From Mustelus asterias (Eukaryota): a stretch of 64,000 bases of DNA. Numbering within the stretch: position 1 is the stretch's first letter; each line of letters opens with the position of its first letter. The notes under the pieces were generated by a model, which worked only from the letters and a program-made list of their open reading frames with translations, had not been told where the DNA came from and did not search any database. Below, one piece after another: positions 48,201-58,460 of the stretch. A program made the position numbers and the translations under genes. The stretch lies in contig NC_135826.1 of the NCBI RefSeq assembly GCF_964213995.1, positions 36,704,001 through 36,768,000 on the forward strand, given 5' to 3'.

Positions 48201-51200
48201 AAGGATAGAGATTAGGAGGGAAAAGGATAAGAAAGAAGAACAGTAAGTAATATTTAAGAAAGAGATCAATAAAATTTAGGTGAAATATATTCCACTATAA
48301 AATAAGGGATATCATGGATAAATAAAAAAGGGAGGATAAAATGGAAGCTAAAGAGCAAGGTATATAAATAACAATGGTGAGGATGACAAAAGGGTTTAGG
48401 AAAGAGGTTTTAAAAAATTAGAAAATCAAAGAGGAAAAATTAAATTGAAATGGTAAAGAGTAGAAAGAGAACTATTCTATAGGCACATAAGTAACAAAAG
48501 GAGAATTAAAATAAGGATATAACAACTAAAGGTTGAGCAAAGTAAACTCACAGGAGATTATAATGAAATAGCAGAGATAACGAGCAGTTACAGAGCCTCA
48601 GCTTTTACTGACGAGGAAATTACAATGATAAAAAGAATCAAGATAGATATTAAAGCAGTTAAGATGGGAAGAAAGAAAGATGATAATAGACAAACTAACC
48701 AAACCTAAGGAGGACAAGTCCTTGGTCCAGATAGATTGTACCCATGATAGTCAATGAAATTAGGGAGGAGACAACAGAATCACTATAGCTTCTATAAAAG
48801 TTCAGTAGAATTCAAAGAAAGAGTGCCAGAGCACTGGTGAACAGCAAATGTAACTCATATCTTCAAAAGGGAAATAAAACTAACCCGGGAACAACATACA
48901 AGTCAGCCTAATACTACTGATGTTTTCTCATATCGTTAGACAGAGAATATAATGATCGATCATGTTTCACAAACCTTACTGAAACCTTTGCAGAAACAGC
49001 AGACAAAGACAATGCTGTGGATGTGGTTTACATGGACTTTCAAAAGGCCTTCAAAAGGTGTCACATGAGAGATTCATTACAAAGATCATGGCATGCGGAG
49101 TCAAGCACCCGGTGGCAAAATGAATTGAAAGATAATTAGAAAACAGGAGAGTCAGAGTCAAGGGAAGCTTTTCAAACTAGCAGAAAGTGAGACGTGCTGT
49201 CCAGCAGGCGTCATGCCGGGACCACTGCCGTCACCATAGTCTAACACAAATCATTTATACTCAGAAATTGATGTATGATGTCAAAATATGTGGACTGTAT
49301 GTAATTGGGGTAATAAAGCTGATAATGTCATCAGTTGCACCAAATAGAGAAGGCATAAACAGGCTTGCAAAGTGGGCGGATAAAACAGGAACTAAATTCA
49401 ACGGAATAAGTGTGAATTGGTTCATTTTGTTAGTAAGAACAGGAAGGCCATTTAGTCCTTAGAAGTTAAAAAACTAAGTGGGGTAGAGGAGCAAAAAGAT
49501 CTGGGAATTGTATATGCACAAACAACTGAAAAGTAACAAAACAGGTCAGGAAGAGTACAAAGAACTGGAGTTCATTTCTCGAGGAATAGAATACGAAAGC
49601 AGGGAGCTAATGTTCAATTTATATAGAACCTTTGACATATCATGCTTAAGTGTTCTGATGTGCAGTCTCATCTCCTACTACAGAAAGGATATTTAAAAAC
49701 TGGAGATAGTAAGGAATTCCAAGAATGTTACCACAACTAAGAGGATGCAGCTGTCAGAGAAGATTATACGCAGTTTAGACTTTATTTTTCCTCTAAAAGA
49801 CATTAAGGAGAAACCTGATAGCTGTCTTTAAGGAAGGGGTACAAGATGGTGAATATAGAAAACCTGATTACACTCAGAAGTGAGTCAGGCTAAGTGGATC
49901 ATGGCTACTAACAACGCAAATATTGAATTTCAGAGGATTTTATTTACACAGTGATGAAACATGCACTAATGCATTTGAGTGAAATGGGATGGAGGGCTAT
50001 GGGTCCAGGGTAGGAAAAGAGTTAGAGCAGGAGGAGCACAGAGTATGAATGCCACTATACACCAAATGGGCCATTTATATCCTGGCTTAGTTGACAAAAA
50101 GTGACAAAAGTCTTTCATATCCGGAATCAAGCAGTTGAAGTATTCAGTGAGCAACACTGAGAATCAACAGCAGAACTCCGTTGTCCTGCAACACTACAGT
50201 GAACAGTAACATTAAAATAAAAGTGATCTTAGCGTCTGCAGTCTCCTCATACAATAAATTTCCAACCTCTCTGATGGCAGTGTGCTGACAATTAAGGCAG
50301 ACAGGCATGGAGCATCACTGTAGTCAACCTTATGTGGCTTGTTAAGGCCTTAAATGCCTTTTCACCCTCTCAGCCACGCTCCAGTTCCAAAGCAATTACA
50401 AAGCAAATGACAAGGCAGCAACCAAAAGATTTAATCCCTTTACAAAATAATTTTGTAGGCACTTACAGAGCTCATTCGATCCCCAAACATATCTCCAGCC
50501 CCCATGTGAGATGTGTGAACAAAATTTGTTGGCTCTCCAATCATACTTCTGTCTATTCGTCTCCGCCTTTTCTGTGAAAAGATTAAAGTAAAGTATATTT
50601 ATTTATTAGTCACAAGTAAGGCTTACATTAACACTGCAATGAAGTTACTGTGAAATTCCCCTAGTTGCCACACTCCGGTGCCTGTTCGGGTAAATGCATC
50701 TAACCAGTACGTCTTTCGGATTGTGGGAGGAAACCACGCAGACATGGGGAGAACGTGCAAACTCCAAACAGACAGTGACCCAAGCCGGGAATTGAACCCG
50801 GGTCCCTGGTGCTGTGAGGCAGCAGTGCTAACCACTGTACCACCGTGCCACGCAAAGAGGCACCAAGATCAGGAGTGAGATCCTGCATGACGATAACACA
50901 TGACTATGACAATTGTAAAGTGACAATATTGCACATGTTACCATGAATATACAACAGATATTCTCATAATGAAAGTTATACCCAATCTAAATATAAATAC
51001 TGAGCAATCAATGTAATCTCTGTCAAAAGTACTTTAGAGGAATTAAGCATTAGGAACATAGCATGTATTATAGATGGTTTTGTCCTCATTTCGCACACCA
51101 CCCCACTCAATAAAACACAAAAGCAATATCAGAGTTCCCAGAAATCCAAAACCAGACCATTCTAATCCCTGCTCCTTCTCTTTACTAAGTATATAACAAA

Positions 51201-51344
51201 CCACTGAAATCCAACAGTATGGCTCTTACTATAATAAAATCAGTAAACAGTTAAAATTATGAGATTTGTTCACTTAAAAAACATACTCACTGGCTGCGGT
51301 TGTTCTGCAATGCAGCAATTAAAACACAACCAGAATTCACTCAT
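42190..51344 (-). CDS. CDC42SE2: CDC42 small effector protein 2-like (SPEC family, CRIB motif), 86 aa; join 51291-51344, 50467-50571, 42190-42291
   Basis: Spliced translation [86 protein letters not shown]. The N-terminus matches CDC42SE2; [16 protein letters not shown]; phase-0 GT-AG introns. Family is certain; exact orthology is not. Confidence 0.9.
42712..42856 (+). mobile_element. 5'-truncated V-SINE, alternative tail
   Basis: Tail matches 195-300 in reverse complement. Confidence 0.78.
45453..46804. mobile_element. Solo LTR inserted in a CR1 LINE and itself interrupted by a SINE
   Basis: TGTGAG...CATAACA termini, flanks ATAG/ACAG; CR1 sequence resumes contiguously on both sides. Confidence 0.7.
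45563..45880 (+). mobile_element. HE1-type V-SINE nested in a solo LTR
   Basis: Full head, V-domain and tail. Confidence 0.88.
48400..50080 (+). mobile_element. Old degenerate CR1 LINE
   Basis: Remnants such as [11 protein letters not shown] and [12 protein letters not shown] with many stops. Confidence 0.7.
50467..50571 (-). CDS. CDC42SE2: CDC42SE2-like coding exon 2 (basic patch plus CRIB)
   Basis: [24 protein letters not shown]; acceptor ttcacag, donor gtaagt. Confidence 0.93.
50590..50852 (-). mobile_element. V-SINE with alternative 3' tail, just upstream of a CDC42SE2-like splice acceptor
   Basis: Same tail as 195-432 and 42712-42856. Confidence 0.82.
51291..51344 (-). CDS. CDC42SE2: CDC42SE2-like coding exon 1 ([18 protein letters not shown]); full exon with 5'UTR probably 51291-51580
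   Basis: ATG at 51344, donor gtgagt, acceptor ctgcag (AG at 51581-51582). Confidence 0.92.
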
Positions 51345-52089
51345 CGCTACAAACTATTTTGCCGTGTTTGATAAATCCAAAATCACTTTGGCTGTGTAGG
51401 CAGTCTCTAAAGAAACCTGGGCAAGCGATGCGAACGTAACAAGACACTCAGGTTCTGGTACTTGTGCTGTCAATCTAGAGTTCAGTAATCTGGCAATCAG
51501 TTATTAGTCTTCCTATTGAAGTGGTTTCCCCTCCCGATGCTGCATCAGCTTTGTGTATAGCCAGTGTTGCCGTAACCAAGCTGCAGAAACAAAACGAATA
51601 TTTGCATCAGAGAACTATTATCCTTTTTTTTTGCATTTATTTTGACCCAAGTAATGAAGCATCGTTGAGAGTCTCCAGTTACCAAGCAATGAACACAACG
51701 CAGTTTTCAATTAACTTTAAAAACAGAAAACATAATTCTCATGGTGGGTCACAGAGCTTCAAACCAAAGTTCAAGTCAACTGAGTATCCAAATTAAATAG
51801 TGCAGCAAATCCAAGCTTCAATCTTAGTAGCTAGCTGATGTGAGATGTGAGCCAGCATAGCTCAGTGGGGAATGGGGTGGTGCGGCATAATTGGCCTTGT
51901 TGCCTGCAAAACAAGGAAGATTAAAAATAATCTGATTCCTTATTACTAACAACTATCATTCTAGGATGCACGTGTGTGATGTTGGCTCAGTTCTTAAGTT
52001 CCCACTCCATAAGAATCGGTGACTAGGAACTCTGCTTACTAAGCAAGAGTCAGTGCCCATGGAGGCAAAACCTATGCATGAGATGGCAC

Positions 52090-52370
52090 CCAGGGAACCC
52101 AAATATCAGGGAAATTCAATCTTTAGGGACCTGTATCTTACTGCGAGTCAGCATATGGCGAATCCCTATCCCAGTCAGTATTAGTATCCAGGGAACCCAA
52201 ATCCCAGCAAGAGCCAGCACATGAGAATCCCGAAGCCCAGTGAGAATCAGCACGTGGGATATCCAAATCCCAAAGAGAGTCGGTACATGGATCAGAAACC
52301 TTAGTGAGAGTTAGCACATGTGGGACCGATCTACAGAAGTGATGACAGTGCTCGGGAACCAAAACTCTGA
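52090..52370. repeat. Degenerate minisatellite, about 33-bp unit (CAGCACATGGGAATCCCAAATCCCAGTGAGAGT-like)
   Basis: Recurring tcagcacatg / cccaaatccca / gagagtcag motifs. Confidence 0.65.
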
Positions 52371-53213
52371 GAGCTCCTCCTTCAGCAGAGAAGAAAATTG
52401 GCACAGTAAAGGAAAATCTAAATAAATAAAAATCGGTCTTCTGTCAAACTTCTCTGAAGAGCATTGTCAGACAAATGCACCATGTGAATATCTACCCATA
52501 CAGCTTGTTCCCGACCTCTCCACAGCAATACTCTCACCTAAATAAGAAGCACAGCCAACAGTTTCAAATGGATGCTGTCCCTCTGACTGTCGAACAGGAT
52601 TCTGGTGTTCTGCTAGGCAGTTGAATTTTTATCTCTCTGCGCAAACCATGGGAAGCTGCACTTTCCGTTGGGAAATATTTTGGTAGCTTGCCCCATGACT
52701 CAAACATTCACAGTGTGTGTCAGTGTCTCTACAAAGTAGTCACTACCCAGTTAGTCAGACATTGTGGTAAATGTTGGAACATTTAACTAAAACTATATCT
52801 TCAATAAATGTACTTTTAGTCAGACTGTACAGTTCATTATGTAAAAACACTGTAAAACCCCAGGATACAATAACTGGAAATTCTTCAATCCTTTTATACC
52901 TCATCTGTAATCCCACACCGAGCTAGCCCTAGTTTAGCTGATTATATTGCTGAATCATATTCAAGTCAGCTGCTCCAGTAAATTAAAGCATAATAAGGTC
53001 TTAATACAATCTGAGACTCCACCATTCTGAAGTCATTGGAAAACATTTCTAGTCTGTTAGATCATAACTGGAAAATTGGGTTATTTCACACTAACAACAC
53101 CGTATCCTATAATACCACATGAAAACGGTTTTCAGAAAACCACTAATTTTGCCTAAAGCATCTGAAAATGCCTCCTCTGATATTTTTCTCCAATCAAGAC
53201 ATTGAATCCACTA

Positions 53214-53900
53214 GGATACTGTCCCACAGGGATGGTCACAATTTTATATTCCCATAGGGAACGCCACCCCTCGATATTGGCATACTGTCCCATAGGGAAC
53301 AACACCCCTCTCTACTGGGATACTGTCCCTTAGGGAACGCCACCCCTCTATACTGGGATACTGTCCCATAGGGAATGCCACCCCTCTATTCGGGGATACT
53401 AACCCACAGGGATGGTCACCCCTGTACATTGGGATAATGTCCCACAGCAATGACAACCCCTTTATACTGGGATACTGTCCCATAGGGAACACCAACCCTC
53501 TATACGGGGATACTATCCCACAGGGATGGTCACCCCTCTATACTGGGATACTGTCTCAAAGGGATGGTCACCCCTCTATACAGGGATAGTGTTCCACAGC
53601 GATGGTCACCCCTTTATCCAGGGCTACTGTCCCACAGCGATGGTGACCCCTCTATACACGGATACTGTCCCCCAGTGAAGGTCACCCCTCCATATTTTGA
53701 TACTGTCCCACAGCGATGGTCACCCTCTATACTGGGATACTGCCCCACAGAGATGGTCACCTCTCTATAGTGGGAGACTGTCCCATAGGGATGGTCACCC
53801 CTCTATTATGGGATACTGTCCTACAGGAATGGTCACCTTGCTACACTGGGATACCGTCCCACAGGGATGGTCACCCCTCTATACTGTGATACTGTCCCAC
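53214..53900. repeat. Minisatellite, 38-bp unit GGATACTGTCCCACAGGGATGGTCACCCCTCTATACTG, about 17 copies
   Basis: Read directly; moderately diverged copies. Confidence 0.92.
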
Positions 53901-55204
53901 AAAAACAATTACTCCTCCTTACTAAAGCCGGAACCAGTGGCTAGTGACACTGATCAGGCAACCAAACCTTGGCTCATTTCTCCCTATATAACTGATGAAT
54001 GATATGGTCAGTCATAGTACCCTTATTGCATTTATGCTAGACATCAGCTAACCCAACAGCCTGTGAAAGGAATCTGAAAGCTTTCCGCGTGACTTAGATA
54101 CTCATTGGATAAACTCACTGAGTCATTGGGAAAGGTTCTGGAAATTTCTAGCGTCACATATACTTATGTGAGAACATCTGTGCATTTATAAAAGGCTGGT
54201 GGAGGGTGGAAGGCACAGGGGCTGTGATATTTACACTGTAGGCCAAGTAGAAATCGATACCATGTATAATGTGACCTTTTCTATGGCAGTGTATTTTCCA
54301 AGCTGTGTGCTTCTCTGTTAGTGAGTGAGATTTTCCTCTCAAAATGCCATGCAAGGATTTAAAATAAAAACTGAAATAAAGATCTGTCAGCACCTAAATG
54401 AAAAGAGGGTCACTTTGGATGGGACCCTTATTGTGATTCACTCGTGTGGAGTTTTGCTACCATGGAGATGAGGAATGTGCACAAAACGAACTGTATTTTG
54501 AGATAAAAATAAAAAGCTGCAGGGAATCTAAAACTAAAACAGAAAACATTCAAAATACAAGATCGCTCTATTAGCAACTTGCGTCCTTGCTTTTCAGATG
54601 TGGACTGTGCTGTGTTGAAAATTCTAACTAATTTAAACCAATAGCTTGGGAAAATCTTTACTGATTTCAAGTGGGCATGCTTCCTCAATATCTTCATTGA
54701 TCCAGACATAGGAAAAATATCCTCAGGATTTACTCAGGATACAGCCTGATCTAATTTGAGTCACAGATTTATCGTCTCTCAGAAACAAGCTCACACCCGA
54801 TTATTGTAGGGCATGGCATAATAGCATGCCACTCTAAGGGTTTTGCATCTTTCCGTCATGTGGCAGCATGGGGGTGCCACATTCATCAAGCAGACCCGGA
54901 ATGTTCTCTAATTAATTAATCCAAATTCTCTATAAATCATCAATCTATTTTTAAATTGCACGTGAATGCGAGCTACTTCAATGGCGCAACCAGTTTGAAT
55001 AGTAAGCAATTGAGCCATAAAGGCCACAGGTTACATGAATGACCGGTGTTGAGTCAGCCTAAAGTACTGGTAGGGACTTTATAAGCAGCCCCTGCAGCTT
55101 TGGAAGGGTTGAAGAAGGTTAGAGGAGGAAAGGGTAGCCACGGCTCTTTGCACCAGATTCCTATCCAGATTGGATGCATCTCAGCTGTAATGCCCCTCCG
55201 TTGT

Positions 55205-55480
55205 TTCATAGATCGTAGAATCCCTGCAGTGCAGAAAGAGTCCATTCGGTCTATCGAGTCTGCAGTGACAGCAATCCCACCCAGGTCATATGCCGTTACG
55301 CCTGCTAATCTCTCTGACACTAAGGGAAATTGAACGTGGCCAATCAACCTAACCCGGAGCACCCAGAGAAAACCCACGCAGACATGGGGAGACCGTAAAA
55401 ACTCCATACAGTTGCCCAAGGCCAGAACTGAACGCAGGCCCCTGGCACTGTGAGACAGCAGTACTGACCCCCATGCTGCC
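55205..55480 (-). mobile_element. HE1-type V-SINE (diverged)
   Basis: Tail and partial V-domain on the minus strand. Confidence 0.8.
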
Positions 55481-56039
55481 CTTAGATACTCAACTAAAAC
55501 TCACAAGAATTCAAACACAGGGAGGTAAATAAGTGCTACCAAGTGTCGACGAAACGCATACCCTGTTAGAAGAAAATATCTTAAAATAAGTAAAACACTG
55601 CAAATGCTGGAATCTGAACCATATAAAATATCTTAAGTCGGAGGGAGAAAGGAGGGGAATGGAGATGATCTATTGGGAAACATCTTCATACACATTAGAT
55701 AAAAGCAAAATCCTGCAGATTCTGGAATCTAAAACATAGAAAATATCTTATGTTGGGGGAAAAAAAGGGGGAATGAATGCTAGATGATCTATTGGGAAAC
55801 ATCTTCATACACATGTATAAAAGACTAGAGTCTAAGGTAAACCTGTCAAACTTCAATTCAATAGAGACCTTATTTCTTGCTGGGTTCTTCTGATCTGCAG
55901 CCAGGAATTTATCACTGACCTCAGTTGGAAAACTATCCGGATTTCCTATTTAGCAGGTGTAGATGTAGAGACTGTAATTAAATATACATATACAAATACG
56001 CAGCGCAATGTAATTAAATACACACACAGCCCAGTGACA

Positions 56040-56470
56040 ATCCACTTGCCCTCTCAGCCCCAGCCCGGCTCCAGGAGAGACAGGCCCGGCTAACCGCCCC
56101 GCCTCCTCAACCTACCCTGCTCCCCCAGCACCCGCCCCGCCCCTAGCAACAACACGGCCAATGACAATCCCGCACGCCGGCACGCGCCTCCCCCTGATTG
56201 GCCGCCTCCTCCTGTCAATCACCGCCAACGGCCGCACGCCCACCATCAGGGTAGGTTGCGCCGCAGCCCGCGGAGTGGAAACTCGCTCCGCCGTTTAAGT
56301 CGGCAGGTCAGACCTGAGGTCCGCTCTGGGCCGCCCCTCCGGGCCGCTTGACCGCTCCTGTCCGGGCCGCTTGACCGCTCCTGTCCGGGCCGCTCAATTC
56401 CCTCCAAACCGCCTCTCCGCGCCCGGAAACAGCCGGCGCATGACGTCAGGGACTGCTGTCAAAGGTCACT
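56040..56470 (-). promoter_or_regulatory. CpG-island promoter, probably of the CDC42SE2-like gene
   Basis: GC boxes (56131-56142), CCAAT 56158-56162, ATTGG 56197-56201, CCGGAA about 56423, palindromic CRE TGACGTCA 56441-56448; only CpG island upstream of the gene in this window. Confidence 0.75.
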
Positions 56471-56717
56471 GGTTACTCCTCGCCAGCATCCTAAACTGCA
56501 CTCGGTCTCCAAGGGAAGACCCCAACATTGGCTTCAACTTGTACTCAAATCATCTTCCAAAAAACTCCCGACCGAAAATCCATACGTGCCGACTACATCT
56601 GCCTCACAACTCAAACACCTGACCTCAACACCTTGGACCAGACCCCAAACCAAAACTTGGGGAACAATACTGCAACGCATAGCGACTTAAGCCAACAGGT
56701 TTATTTGGTAGCAAAAG

Positions 56718-56756
56718 CCACGAGCTTTCGGAGCGCTGCTCCTTCGTCAGGTAAGT
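56718..56756 (-). ncRNA. Minimal type I hammerhead ribozyme motif (Penelope-associated), inverted copy
   Basis: Reverse complement reads UUAC-CUGACGA-AGGAGC.AGC.GCUCC-GAAA-GCUC-GUGG. Confidence 0.62.
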
Positions 56757-57111
56757 GGGATGTCAGTTCACAAACGGCATATGAAGACACAAACTCAATT
56801 TACAAAATAATGGTTGGAATGCGAGTCTTTACAGGTAATGTGAGTGGAGAGAGGGTTAAGCACAGGTTAAAGAGATGTGTATTGTCTCCAGCCAGGACAG
56901 TTAGTGAGATTTTGCAAGCCCAGGCAAGTCGTGGGGGTTACAGATAGTGTGACATGAACCCAAGATCCCAGTTGAGGCCATCTTTATGTGTGCGGAACTT
57001 GGCTATCAGTCTCTGCTCAGCGACTCTGCGTTGTGTGTCGTGAAGGCCGCCTTGGAGAATGCTTACCTGAAGATCAGAGGCCGAATGCCTCTGATTGTGA
57101 ACAGAACTCCC

Positions 57112-57150
57112 ACTTACCTGACGAAGGAGCAGTGCTCTGAAAGCTAGTGG
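57112..57150 (+). ncRNA. Minimal type I hammerhead ribozyme motif (Penelope-associated)
   Basis: UUAC-CUGACGA-AGGAGC.AGU.GCUCU-GAAA-GCUA-GUGG: core boxes, stem II, short stem I, palindromic AGCU in place of stem III. Confidence 0.6.
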
Positions 57151-57319
57151 CTTTTACTACCAAATAAACCTGTTGGACTTTAACCTGGTGTTGTGTTTAC
57201 CCCAGTCCAACGCCAGCATCTCCACATCATGACTTAAGCCAAGCCATGTAAAAACAGTATCTAGCTTCTTACATCTTCACAATGCAAAAGTCAACAAAGA
57301 GCTCAATGTCCAAATGAAT

Positions 57320-57645
57320 GAATCATAGAATCCCTACAGTGCAGAAGGAGGCCATTTGGCTGATCGAGCCTGCACCAACAACAATCCCACCCAGGCCCTA
57401 TCCCTGTAACAACACCCCCTCTCCCCTGGATTTACCCTGTTAATCCCCGACACCAAAGGGAAATTTAGCATGGCCAATCAACCTAACCCGCACATCTTTG
57501 GACTGTGGGAGGAAACTGGAGCACTCGGAGGAAAGCCACGCAGACATGGGGAGAATGTGCAAACTCCACACAAACAGTAACCAAAGGCTGAAATTGAATC
57601 AGGGTCCCTGGCACTGTGTGGCAGCAGTGCTAACCACTGTGCCAC
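57320..57645 (-). mobile_element. HE1-type V-SINE
   Basis: Full copy on the minus strand. Confidence 0.87.
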
Positions 57646-57649
57646 TGTA

Positions 57650-58460
57650 CCGTAGCTACAAGTTAAAGCACCAACTCGAACATATCTCGGAGTGATCCTA
57701 GATAGGACAGTGACCTAGGAACACCTAAAAACTGCAACCAAGGTCAAGTCCAGAAATAACTTAATTGCCAAACTAGCCAGCTCAACGTGGGTACTGTTAC
57801 TACCACCCTCCAGACCTCAACACTTGCACTCATACTCAGTAGCAGAATACTGTGCCCCTGCTTGGTGAAGATCATCACACACACAAAGTTGACAGCCAGC
57901 TAAATGCTACCATGCATATCATTATTGGAACACTACGCTCAACACCACTCACTTGGCTCCTTGTCTTGACAAACATTACTCTATATATCCGGCGACTTAC
58001 AATAACTCAAAATGATAGAAAATGTTTGCAATGCCCCCCACCTGCCTCTTCATGCCGATCTATTCAGCCCACCCAAAGTACGACTCCCATCAAGAAGGGT
58101 GAGGTGGAAAAACCCTCCCACATAGGACTTTAATGCAAATTCCACCTGGACAAACAAATCGGAATCAATGGACACAACCAGCAAGTATCTGGTCTCAAAC
58201 CGAACCCAACAACTGCCTGGTTTCAACCTTCCAAGGAAAGAGTGGTCCACCCTCAACAGGTTCGGAACTGGCCTCAGCCCCTGCTTGGCCAACCTCCACA
58301 ATGGGGCATTAGTGCCAGTCCACTACATGCCTGTGGGAGAGAGCAAACAATGCACCACATCATAGAAGAGTGTCCAATCGACAGACTCAGCGGAGGCCTA
58401 TCAGTGTAGCAAGATTGGAAGAAACTGCCTGGCTTAGGGACTTACATCCCAAATTAAAAT
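57650..58460 (+). mobile_element. 3' fragment of an Ingi/Vingi-like non-LTR retrotransposon
   Basis: Across frames: YLGVILDRT, KVKSRNNLIAKLASSTW, YSVAEYCAP, KVDSQLNATM.IIIGTLRSTP, PGFNLPRKEWSTLNRF.TG, and a CG..QT.HHI..ECP zinc-knuckle remnant. Confidence 0.7.

Larger units (their letters stand above)
56692..57230. mobile_element. Penelope-like element fragment with inverted terminal arms and GIY-YIG endonuclease C-terminus on the minus strand
   Basis: Arms 56692-56775 and 57093-57176 are reverse complements; the minus strand encodes HSASDLQVSILQGGLHD and QRRVAEQRLIAKFRTHKDGLNWDLGFM; flanking duplication GACTTAAGCCAA at 56684-56695 and 57231-57242. Confidence 0.85.

Noticed and set aside
52538-52728. 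Candidate extra 5'UTR exon of the CDC42SE-like gene (minus; branch-like GACTAAC, acceptor ttgtag, donor gtgaga)
   Set aside because: Weak polypyrimidine tract and no coding or homology support; needs RNA-seq.
56043-56120. First-exon donor candidates on the minus strand (GC-type G|GCAAGT near 56049, G|GTAGGT near 56115)
   Set aside because: They cannot be told apart without transcript data, so exon 1 is not called.
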